Below are positions 45,070-54,122 of a DNA stretch of 64,000 bases, in pieces. Both the position numbers and the translations under genes were made by a program. Location: NCBI GenBank assembly GCA_964493425.1, contig CAZBMW010000010.1:20827-84826 (forward strand), in the 5' to 3' direction. Origin of the DNA: an uncultured Pirellulales bacterium. GTDB taxonomy: Bacteria > Planctomycetota > Phycisphaerae > Sedimentisphaerales > Anaerobacaceae. A model generated the notes under the pieces. The model did no database searches. It was not told where the DNA came from and was given only the letters and a program-made list of their open reading frames with translations. Within the stretch, counting starts at the first letter, position 1. Every line of letters begins with the position of its first letter.

Positions 45070-47349
45070 TTAATGTGCCACGGCGTTAGCCATCTGCAGC
45101 TTCTGATACTCACGATAAGCTTTGAACTGCTCTCGGAAATAACCGCCCTTCATCGGCTGCACTGCGAACATTATACAGCCGAGGATAGTAGCACTCACCT
45201 GCTTTAATTCAGCTATAGTTCTCAAAGCTGCACCTCTGGTTGTTTCCATAGCATTAAACACCAGAACAACTCCGTCAACAAGACCAGCCAGCAGCTTTAC
45301 ATCGCTGACCAGCAGCACCGGCGGTCCGTCAATTACAACATAATCATATTTCTCACGTTGATATTTGATAAACTGCTCCATTGCTGCACCACCCAGCAGT
45401 TCAGCCGGATTCGGTGGTAACATACCCGCACTAATCACATCAAGGTTCTCAATGCCGCTTGGTCTAATAACTTCGTGATAACCGCAAAGGCCGGAGAGTA
45501 CGGTACTTAAACCCAATTCATACTCGCTGTTTTCTTCGACTTCTTCATTGCTGTCTTCAGCTTTTAGAACCGGTCCCGGCTCGGAAGGTGGGAAAATTGT
45601 ATTTATATTCGGTCGCCAGAAGTTCGAGTCTATTAGCAGCACCTTGTTATTTTGACCGGCCAACGTCGTAGCGAGATTAACCGTCACAGAAGTTTTACCG
45701 TCACCAGCCATACCACTGCTTACCAGAAAAATCCTGGAGTTAGGCGCGGACGATATCAAATTACTTCTGAATCTCCGGTAAGCCTCGCTTATCACTGAAT
45801 AGGGTGCTTTATTCACTGCCATAACAGGGTCAATACTTTTGAGTTGCTCATCTTCGGCAACGTCTGGCACCACACCCAAAAGAGGTACACGCAAATATCT
45901 GCTAACATCTCGAGGTGTCCGCACAAGATCATTAAAACGCTCTATAAGAAATGCTACGCCAATTCCTAATAAAATTCCTAACAACGTACCACCAGGGAAA
46001 AACATCTCCCATCGCGGAAAGCTTACACTCAGGGGGACAAGGGCCTCGCCCATCCTCTTCACCTTTGGTGTTTCCGGGTCATTGAGTTTTATACTATACG
46101 TTGAAATAGCATTGTTAATCTCTTCCAGATCTGCTTGTTTTTCTTCTCTTTGAATCTGCAGATCTTCAAATTGAACTCGTGCTAAATCAAGTTGCTCCTT
46201 AGCTGCCTCAGCTTCTTGTTTTTGCCTTTGCAACTCATCAAGACTGCTCTGCAGCATCTCCAGTGTATCCTGTACGTTTTTTAGATTTGACTGTCTAATC
46301 AACTCGCCTATCTCGGCTTTTCTTTCTCTTCTCTTTTCATCGATCTCACTTATCCGCTCCTGTATCTGTTGCGTTATTCTGTGATTCTCGCCATACTTTG
46401 TGAGCCTGCTTGCTAATTCTACTTCCAATGCCACACGAGTCTGAAGAAGAGAAGTCACTACAGGGTCATTTTCCACCAACCTAGAAACCTGCTCTGCAAT
46501 CGGACCTGTAGCCTGTCTTTTCAGGGTTTCTATAGCCGTTTTTGTATTTGTAATATCGAGAATTAAATCATTATTTTCCAGCTCAAGATCAGCAACCCTT
46601 TGCGTAATTACATCCATATAGTTATGTGTTTCAAGGTCAGTAAAACCAGATTTAATGCGAAGAGCGTCCAAATTATTTTGTATTGTCGTCAATTCATTCC
46701 GAACGCTCGATAGCTGTTCTCGAAAGATCCTTATCTTTTCTCTGATATCAGCAGCTTCTCCTTCTCCACGCTCCCTCGTAAACAAATCAACAACCTCATT
46801 TGCTATCAAAGCTGCTTCTTCCTTATCGTGGCAGGTCATAGAAACAGTAATCAAGTCACTATCTCTTTCAGGTGTTGCCCTAAGATTCGCACTTAAATTC
46901 TGAAGTGCTTTTCTAATTGCTTTTTCAACACTTACTTCTTCTGTAGCCCCCTCGGTCCTACCGAAATTTCTAAACCAATCAGTTTCTCGAATCCTGTCTC
47001 TGTTTAATAATTTACGGAAAAAACCCTGCTGGACTAATCGAGAAGCTAATGTTCTGCGATAAGAATATTGAATATCTTGGCCTACCATATAAGATGTTAT
47101 TTGCAAAGGGTCCCTTTCCGCAGCTGATAAAACCTCGATATACGTAGCCGCCGTATATTCTGGAGCATACTCTCTCAGTAAAAACCAAGAAATACCACCA
47201 ACAATAAAACCAGCCACGGTAAACAAAATTATAAGAAAAATATGCTGACGCAGCATTCCTATAACTTCACCGGCTGTTAAACCTGCAGCAACTCCAGGAA
47301 CCGTTCTTACGACCTTACCCGCTTCTTGTGTTTGTATTTGTTCTGCCAT
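45070..47349 (-). CDS. polysaccharide co-polymerase plus BY-kinase fusion (Wzc/GumC/EpsF-EpsG-like)
   Basis: N-terminal TM, Wzz-type periplasmic region with a long coiled coil, second TM, then a P-loop domain: Walker A SSGMAGDGKTS, Walker A'-like LLIDSNFWRP, Walker B YDYVVIDGPP. Only a few Tyr lie in the C-terminal tail. Confidence 0.85.
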   Translation of the reverse strand: MAEQIQTQEAGKVVRTVPGVAAGLTAGEVIGMLRQHIFLIILFTVAGFIVGGISWFLLREYAPEYTAATYIEVLSAAERDPLQITSYMVGQDIQYSYRRTLASRLVQQGFFRKLLNRDRIRETDWFRNFGRTEGATEEVSVEKAIRKALQNLSANLRATPERDSDLITVSMTCHDKEEAALIANEVVDLFTRERGEGEAADIREKIRIFREQLSSVRNELTTIQNNLDALRIKSGFTDLETHNYMDVITQRVADLELENNDLILDITNTKTAIETLKRQATGPIAEQVSRLVENDPVVTSLLQTRVALEVELASRLTKYGENHRITQQIQERISEIDEKRRERKAEIGELIRQSNLKNVQDTLEMLQSSLDELQRQKQEAEAAKEQLDLARVQFEDLQIQREEKQADLEEINNAISTYSIKLNDPETPKVKRMGEALVPLSVSFPRWEMFFPGGTLLGILLGIGVAFLIERFNDLVRTPRDVSRYLRVPLLGVVPDVAEDEQLKSIDPVMAVNKAPYSVISEAYRRFRSNLISSAPNSRIFLVSSGMAGDGKTSVTVNLATTLAGQNNKVLLIDSNFWRPNINTIFPPSEPGPVLKAEDSNEEVEENSEYELGLSTVLSGLCGYHEVIRPSGIENLDVISAGMLPPNPAELLGGAAMEQFIKYQREKYDYVVIDGPPVLLVSDVKLLAGLVDGVVLVFNAMETTRGAALRTIAELKQVSATILGCIMFAVQPMKGGYFREQFKAYREYQKLQMANAVAH

Positions 47350-47412
47350 TTTAGCCTCACATCATATTTTAATATGCTGCTCATATGAATCACATAATCT
47401 CTTCAAACAAGA

Positions 47413-50400
47413 TCATTCTTCTGAAAGCCGCGCAATCGCGGACCTTATTCTTTCACTATCCGCCTCTGACAAACTATCGCCACCCACAGCAAGTGCCTGT
47501 TTATAAGCGTCAACAGCCTGTAATTTCACCCCGAGTTTTTCCTGTATCATCCCTAAACGCTCATAGACCTTCCACGATACGTTCATCCGACGCAATTGAA
47601 ATTGCTGTATAGCTTCATACATATATTCCTCTGCCTCGGAGTATTTCCCATTTAAATATAAAACATACCCATAAGTATCTAAGTACTCTGGGTTGTTCGG
47701 CCTGATCTCATAAGCCTGCTTTGCATACTCCAGAGCATCTTCTAACTTTTCACCACTTTCCGCCAGTATAAAAGCCAAATTATTCAAAGCGTCCGCACTA
47801 CTATTTTTCGGCATTTCATCAAGCAAACTTTTGTACTCATCAATAGCTTTTTGCAGATAACTTTTATCGGAAGTTTGTTCATAAGCCACGTAGAGGATAT
47901 TTGCCTTTTTACTCATATAATTAATCTTCATGTTCTTGTCTGACCCGATAATATCAATGCACCTGTCGATAATCTCAATAGCCTCATCGTAGCGGCCGTT
48001 AAATACATTCAGGTTATACATAAATAAATTCGCCGGTAATGACCTCGGGTCCTGGCGGATTTTTTCATTGCAATACACCTCGGCCTCCTCTCTGCCGATA
48101 ATCTGATACATAGCACGCAGTATTTCATATTGGAGGCTCTCATCACCTTCGGTTGTATCAGCTGCCTGGCGGGCATATCGTACAGCCTTCTCTTTATTTC
48201 CAAGCATCATTTCCGCCTCCGCCATCTCTATCAACGCTATCGGAGCAAACTCTGTATTCATATATTTTCCAGCTTCTTCAAAAAGTTTATCTAATTGTTG
48301 AGACCTCAAAAGAGCCTCTAAATACCCATTTAATGCTGACCGACTACCCTGCCCCTCCTCCCTGCTTTTGTTCCAAGCATGGCTGAACAACTGCTCTGCA
48401 AGTCTGAAATCACCATCTTCCATAGCAAATCTGGCAGAGCGGTCAAGCCAGTACGTATTGTCTGGAAATTTTTTACGAGTATCATCATACAACTCCATAA
48501 GAGCCTCTCTTCTGCCAAGCCTCAAATAAATCCATTCAAGTAAAAACCTCGCTTCGAGCGATGTCTCTGGAGAATTCATTATACCTCTCAGCTCAGCTAT
48601 GGCATATTCATCACGACCCTGTGCCGCATAAGCCTTTGCTCGGAAAAGATTTGTTTCTGGATCGGTCGCCAGCAGCTCACTCCTGTCAAGATCACTGATT
48701 GCTTTATCATAATCAGCCATTAATAGATATATCTGACCTCTCAACCGCCAGGTTAATGCACTACTATTGTCGCTCTCAATGCTTTGGTTTGCCATATCAA
48801 GCGCTTCTTTCAAACGGCCACGCTTCATCAACAACCACGCCTCAATGTATTGTGCCGTCGGCTCATCAGGGAACTTTTCCCTAAAGCTTTGCAACCTGTT
48901 CTCTGCTTCCTGAATCAGGCCTACATTGAGGTAAATCCTAATCTGCAAAAGTCGATTACTTATATTATCCTCAAGGGCCAACAGTTCTTCAGAGTATCTT
49001 TGCGCATTTTCTTTGTCCAACGTCTTTCCAGCAACAATCGCAAGCCCTTTGAGCACACCTATATTTGTCCTATCATTCGCATATGACTGCTCTAAAAGGC
49101 TCTTGGCTTTTTCATACTGACCAGCTTGATAATAATATGTCCAAAGAAACTCCTGGTTCTTAGACTCTGTTAACAACTTTTCAGCCTCTTTCTCCTGACC
49201 GATAGCTCTTAAAAAATTCGCATAACTATAAATCGCCTCTTGATTATCAGGTTCTATAGACAAAGCATCTTTGTATGCCGAAACCGCCATATCAATCAAC
49301 GCTTCTTTGCGATGTCCATCTTCTTCCTCAACAGCTATATCTCCCGCCAACTCACCAAGTAAAAACGAATCTTGTACAGTCAAAGAAATACTACGGATGT
49401 ATTGCAAAACCGCTACAGCTCTATCTGGTTCTGTAGACCTTATTAAGCCCGCATAAAATCTATATAAATCTAAGTCGCCGGGATTAACTTTCATCGCTAA
49501 TGCAAGAGTGTTCCTGAGCTCCTCCTGCTGCTCAAGCGTGACAGTTTTACCAAGTCTTTGATTACGCTGGTTGAGAAGCGCTGCAAGATTTTTAGAAATA
49601 GAACCATCCATAGGATTTAAGAACAACGCTTCTCGAGCGTCTTCCAAGGCTGCCTGCTCATTCCCAAGAGCAGCATGAACATTACTTCTTAATAAATAGC
49701 CGTAAGAAAAAACAGGCCTTTGTCTTAAGCACTCATTAAATAAAGTCAAAGCCTCGGGCTCCCCTTTAGAAGCAGCAAGACGAGCAGCAAAAAAACCGCC
49801 CTCACACTCGTCAAGATTATTAACTCTGACAATATCTTTCAACCTCCCTGCCAGCTGCCAGTCTTTATTCTGCAAAGCAATCCCAAAAAGACCATAAATA
49901 GCTATTTGCTTTCTGTTTATTACTTCCTCACTTTCACCTTGAATCTCCGGAATAGTTTCCCCAACCAAGTATTCTGCTATTACTTTCTTATACTCCTGTG
50001 CTGCTTTGTCCAATTGCCCGGTTCTGTTGTAGAAAGAACCAAGTTCGACAGCCCTTTTCATAGGATCTGATATCTGCTTCAAAACTGACTCTTCTATTTC
50101 ATTACGCCTGCCGACAGTAACTCTGCCCGGCTCAGGTTCAGAAAGCAGCCTTTTATAAAACAAAGCGGTAGAATTCTCAGGTAAAGATTCCAAAATCACA
50201 TCTGTCAAATTCCTTGCCTCTTCAATCCTTCCCAAAAATACATTATCCTCACAAAATGTAGCAATGTAGGCATCTTCTACTGCCGAGGCTTTTGTGGTCA
50301 ACAACTTGATTATAAGAGAGGATAGCGTGTCTTCATAGCTGGACAATTCAGCCGACAGCGCTTCCTCGGACTCTTCAGGCTTGGCTATACTTTCTCTTGG

Positions 50401-52278
50401 TCTTACTTCAAAAAGCTCCTCTTCAACTCTCTCCAGCCTACTTTCGCTCAAAGCTGTTCGGATTTGCCTTATCTTGGCCTGCTCCAATGTTATTCTGAGC
50501 TTGATTGTATCAACATCTTCCCGTGGCTCGGAAGCCAATTCCTCTAACGCCTCTTCAAATTGACCAGCTCCTATATAAGCAAGAATCTTGAGAGTACGAC
50601 TTGTCTGATTGGGACCGAATAACTGTTCATAATAACCTATGTTCGCTGCAGCTGTTGCCCAATTTTCCAGTCCAATAAGAACCTTAGCATAGTCAAGAAC
50701 CGCCTCAGGTCTTGACCAAGTGGCAATGCCGGACTGTATCGCATCGGTAAAAAACGCTACAACTATTCCTTGCTCAGAACTATTTTCAAAAGCCTTGGCA
50801 AGCAGATAAGGAAGATGAGGGTCCATCCGTTTCGTTCCTTCAGAGGCCCTTATCTGCTCATATGCTGCATACATCTTCCTGATCGCAACGCTTCTATTGC
50901 CTTTCGCAAACTCAAGCATCCCCTCCCATTTAGTAACATAGATGTTTTCACCACTGCCGATTATTTGCTCAATCTCGTGTATAGCTTCCTCAGCGGAGGC
51001 GATAAATTGTTGTTTCTCAGACTCAGATATCGGCTTAAAGGGTTCAACTGCCTGTTCGATATAACGGTCCGCAAGAAAACTATAAAGAGTAAGAAGATTC
51101 ATTCTATTTTCCCAGGCTCGCGGTCCTGTCGTTTCCTGTGCACCCAGAAGTTCAAGAGCACTTCTTGCCAAATTTATCGACTTCTCGAAATCTTGCGCAT
51201 CTTTTCTTCCATGAATTGAAAACTTGTAATAAGACAAAGTCGCTGCTCTTATTAAATAAAGAACCTCTTCCTTATCCAACGAAACACACCTGTCAATAGC
51301 TTCCACGGCTTTATCAATACTTTGCGGACACATTAAAGAATAGTAATTCGCCAATCCCATAAATGCCTGCGGACTTGAATCAAACCTTTTTACAAGTGAT
51401 AAAAACTCAGGTTCAAGTAATTTTACCGCTTCCCGTCCCTCTCTGTCCGCTAACGTAAGCTTCAGACTCAGAAGATTAATATGCGCATCGACATTATCCT
51501 CTGCAGCTTCAACACATTCGGTCAAAAGCTCTTTGGCCTGCTGTATTGAATTTTCTCTTGCTTCAAAATTACCTTTCTCGGCCTGATTTTCCCCCTGAAA
51601 TCGTATCGCCCGCGCCATAAACCAACTGACCTTAACATTTTCCGGCTCAAGCTCCTTAGCCTGTTTCAAATCCTCCATCGCCTGTTCACATACCTCCTCC
51701 GGCATACCTACCATTCCCCTCATTGCCATCTCTAATCTGGCTCTACCTCTAAGCAAATACAAATAACAGTCAAGACGATTGGAAAGAGGTTCTTGAAGTT
51801 CATCAAATGTCTCCCACTTGGCTGGGTTTTCAGAAAAGAGATTTCTATCTACATTTTCCAAGAATTCAGAAACCTCTGAATCGATTCTCTGCCAAAAGCT
51901 GTCTACCCCACTGTTCGCTACTATGTAATTATATCTTAAACGTTCAAGACGAGCTTTGGCATTAGTCGGCTCTATCAGAACGATATTCTCCCAGCAATTC
52001 CGTATCTCTTTCCAATCCTCTTGTACATGATAAGCATCAATAAGCTTAAAAATTATCTCTATTTTTAATGAATCTTTTCTGGCCCTACCGACAGCCTTTA
52101 CAAAAGCTCTTTCAGCAGACTCATAATCCCCCGCCGCTAATGCTCGTTCACCATCCGAAATAAAACTATAAGGATCGCCACGGAATTGAAGAATGAACAT
52201 AATCGCACCAAGCAATACAACTAAAAATATAACCAAACCTATAATTGCAACCTTTTTATTTAGTCTTCTTACTGCCAT
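47413..52278 (-). CDS. giant membrane-anchored TPR-repeat protein (1621 aa), PrsT-like by context
   Basis: N-terminal TM KKVAIIGLVIFLVVLLGAIMFIL followed by dozens of TPR-like A..Y......A repeats spanning the whole protein. Confidence 0.8.
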   Translation of the reverse strand: MAVRRLNKKVAIIGLVIFLVVLLGAIMFILQFRGDPYSFISDGERALAAGDYESAERAFVKAVGRARKDSLKIEIIFKLIDAYHVQEDWKEIRNCWENIVLIEPTNAKARLERLRYNYIVANSGVDSFWQRIDSEVSEFLENVDRNLFSENPAKWETFDELQEPLSNRLDCYLYLLRGRARLEMAMRGMVGMPEEVCEQAMEDLKQAKELEPENVKVSWFMARAIRFQGENQAEKGNFEARENSIQQAKELLTECVEAAEDNVDAHINLLSLKLTLADREGREAVKLLEPEFLSLVKRFDSSPQAFMGLANYYSLMCPQSIDKAVEAIDRCVSLDKEEVLYLIRAATLSYYKFSIHGRKDAQDFEKSINLARSALELLGAQETTGPRAWENRMNLLTLYSFLADRYIEQAVEPFKPISESEKQQFIASAEEAIHEIEQIIGSGENIYVTKWEGMLEFAKGNRSVAIRKMYAAYEQIRASEGTKRMDPHLPYLLAKAFENSSEQGIVVAFFTDAIQSGIATWSRPEAVLDYAKVLIGLENWATAAANIGYYEQLFGPNQTSRTLKILAYIGAGQFEEALEELASEPREDVDTIKLRITLEQAKIRQIRTALSESRLERVEEELFEVRPRESIAKPEESEEALSAELSSYEDTLSSLIIKLLTTKASAVEDAYIATFCEDNVFLGRIEEARNLTDVILESLPENSTALFYKRLLSEPEPGRVTVGRRNEIEESVLKQISDPMKRAVELGSFYNRTGQLDKAAQEYKKVIAEYLVGETIPEIQGESEEVINRKQIAIYGLFGIALQNKDWQLAGRLKDIVRVNNLDECEGGFFAARLAASKGEPEALTLFNECLRQRPVFSYGYLLRSNVHAALGNEQAALEDAREALFLNPMDGSISKNLAALLNQRNQRLGKTVTLEQQEELRNTLALAMKVNPGDLDLYRFYAGLIRSTEPDRAVAVLQYIRSISLTVQDSFLLGELAGDIAVEEEDGHRKEALIDMAVSAYKDALSIEPDNQEAIYSYANFLRAIGQEKEAEKLLTESKNQEFLWTYYYQAGQYEKAKSLLEQSYANDRTNIGVLKGLAIVAGKTLDKENAQRYSEELLALEDNISNRLLQIRIYLNVGLIQEAENRLQSFREKFPDEPTAQYIEAWLLMKRGRLKEALDMANQSIESDNSSALTWRLRGQIYLLMADYDKAISDLDRSELLATDPETNLFRAKAYAAQGRDEYAIAELRGIMNSPETSLEARFLLEWIYLRLGRREALMELYDDTRKKFPDNTYWLDRSARFAMEDGDFRLAEQLFSHAWNKSREEGQGSRSALNGYLEALLRSQQLDKLFEEAGKYMNTEFAPIALIEMAEAEMMLGNKEKAVRYARQAADTTEGDESLQYEILRAMYQIIGREEAEVYCNEKIRQDPRSLPANLFMYNLNVFNGRYDEAIEIIDRCIDIIGSDKNMKINYMSKKANILYVAYEQTSDKSYLQKAIDEYKSLLDEMPKNSSADALNNLAFILAESGEKLEDALEYAKQAYEIRPNNPEYLDTYGYVLYLNGKYSEAEEYMYEAIQQFQLRRMNVSWKVYERLGMIQEKLGVKLQAVDAYKQALAVGGDSLSEADSERIRSAIARLSEE

Positions 52279-52330
52279 AATCCAACCTCACATTAATATT
52301 ATTGAACATCAAATCACTTCAGCTTATAAT

Positions 52331-53101
52331 TTATTCTTCCATATCAGGCCAATGTTTCTCTTCCAATATCGGCAAAATAATGCTTAAAAGCTTCTGGCCT
52401 GCTGAAAGAACCTCCTGCTGGTTTGGGTAAAACCGCATTCCAAACTCGTTTATATTATAAAATTTCAACTCAACTTTCGAAAAATACGAATATTTCCGAA
52501 AAAAGTTCTTACTAAGGATTGACCTCGCACTATCTCTGCTGTTTGCATAAAGACCGTCAACATTAATAAAGTAAAGTACCGGATATCGCACTTCAGTAAC
52601 TAACAGGTTCTCTGCTTTACTGCCAAAAACAAGATACCTCACAGGAATTTCATTCTTGGTGTTATTGAGAAATATCTCAAGACTCAGACTTTCCCTCTCA
52701 AGTAATTGATTACCTCCACCTACATAACACTCTTCCGGGACATGCGGCACCATATCAGGAAGCTCATAATAAGTAATAAACAACAAACATTTACGCACCG
52801 GGCTCTCTGCAGCAACTTGCGTATCTTCCAGAGTCCACTGGATATAGTCTTCGGTACCAAGGCTTTTCACTACTTCATCATAATCTACTTTCTCTTTGGC
52901 AAAAACTATGTACGGACCCAATCCCTCCTCATCCAGATAATCCAGACTTCGCTTTAAAGGCAGTGGCTCTTTTTTGAGGTATCCTCCGAGGCCATGTATT
53001 AAAATCGGCATCCCAACCGCACTTATTGCAAGAACCGTAACACATATTAAAAAGGCTGGTTGTACATATAATTTTATAACAGATTTAGCTTCCATAATCA
53101 A
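52331..53101 (-). CDS. exosortase-associated EpsI-family protein
   Basis: N-terminal TM, then the EpsI-type core LLFITYYELPDMVPHVPEECYVGGGNQ (compare the family pattern HxPExCxxGxG). It lies immediately downstream of the exosortase. Confidence 0.7.
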   Translation of the reverse strand: MIMEAKSVIKLYVQPAFLICVTVLAISAVGMPILIHGLGGYLKKEPLPLKRSLDYLDEEGLGPYIVFAKEKVDYDEVVKSLGTEDYIQWTLEDTQVAAESPVRKCLLFITYYELPDMVPHVPEECYVGGGNQLLERESLSLEIFLNNTKNEIPVRYLVFGSKAENLLVTEVRYPVLYFINVDGLYANSRDSARSILSKNFFRKYSYFSKVELKFYNINEFGMRFYPNQQEVLSAGQKLLSIILPILEEKHWPDMEE

Positions 53102-53118
53102 CCATTTATAAAAATAAC

Positions 53119-54090
53119 TTATGGGCTTCTACGCACAATCACGCCTTCCTCACCGGTCACTTTTTGTTCAACAAATAAATTTGACATAAACCAAGCGATA
53201 AAATAGTATAGCCCAAATGCCAAAACCAGCATTCCCATACCGAGAATATCATGATAAATACCTTGCGTATACTTAGGGGCTATAAATACATGAATAAAAC
53301 CTGTAACTGTAACCCGTACAATATTGCAGAATATCGCTATCGGTACAGTAAATAACAGCAGGATTACTCGCTGCCATATCGGCCTGTAGTGTAAATACGC
53401 CATCGCAACACCCAATGCCAAAAAGGCCATCAGTAATCTCATACCGCTGCAAGCCTCTGCCACATTTAATGCCGGCTCCAAGTGCTTTCCCTTGTAAAAA
53501 ACATCTATGACCACTCCGCTGACCGTAGCATCCAAACCACCAACAAGATTCAGCAAAGCTGTTGCAACCACAGCTGCCAGCTTTCGCATCGGCATAGTAA
53601 GCCGAACATAGTATCCCTGCGGCAGCGGAACCGCAAATATCAAAAACAATATAGCAAGCCACGTATACTTAACCATTCGCCAGCCGCACAAAAACAACAC
53701 GATTGTTCCAAGAATGGCCACCATCAATACTTGGCGAATATAGGTAGCTCTGAGGCTCGGGATGGACATATTGAGAATATAAAGTCCAAGACAGCACAAC
53801 AAAAAAAATAAACCGAGATAGTTCGGTCTGGACTTCAGAGTCAATATCTCTTTTTTACGCTGATTGATAAAGTATAAGCTGAAAAAGGGAATGAGAAATC
53901 CGTGAGACCAGCTCGGATCTGAAATCCATTTCACAACGATTCGCTCGATTTCATATCGGAAAATCCACCAGAAAAAGCCGCCGATTATCAATACCTTTAT
54001 GTAACTGTGCAAGCTGAGTTCAAGCCAGCTTGCCCGAGTTGTATTCGCTTGCTTGCTTTGTGAACCAACCGTTTCAAAACTCTCTGCCAT
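53119..54090 (-). CDS. exosortase (EpsH/Xrt family)
   Basis: Polytopic membrane protein carrying the family's Cys/Arg/His signature: VAEACSGMRLL, FCNIVRV, IYHDILG. Confidence 0.85.
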   Translation of the reverse strand: MAESFETVGSQSKQANTTRASWLELSLHSYIKVLIIGGFFWWIFRYEIERIVVKWISDPSWSHGFLIPFFSLYFINQRKKEILTLKSRPNYLGLFFLLCCLGLYILNMSIPSLRATYIRQVLMVAILGTIVLFLCGWRMVKYTWLAILFLIFAVPLPQGYYVRLTMPMRKLAAVVATALLNLVGGLDATVSGVVIDVFYKGKHLEPALNVAEACSGMRLLMAFLALGVAMAYLHYRPIWQRVILLLFTVPIAIFCNIVRVTVTGFIHVFIAPKYTQGIYHDILGMGMLVLAFGLYYFIAWFMSNLFVEQKVTGEEGVIVRRSP

Positions 54091-54122
54091 AATCTAAGCA
54101 TTATACCAAAATTTCCCGGCTT

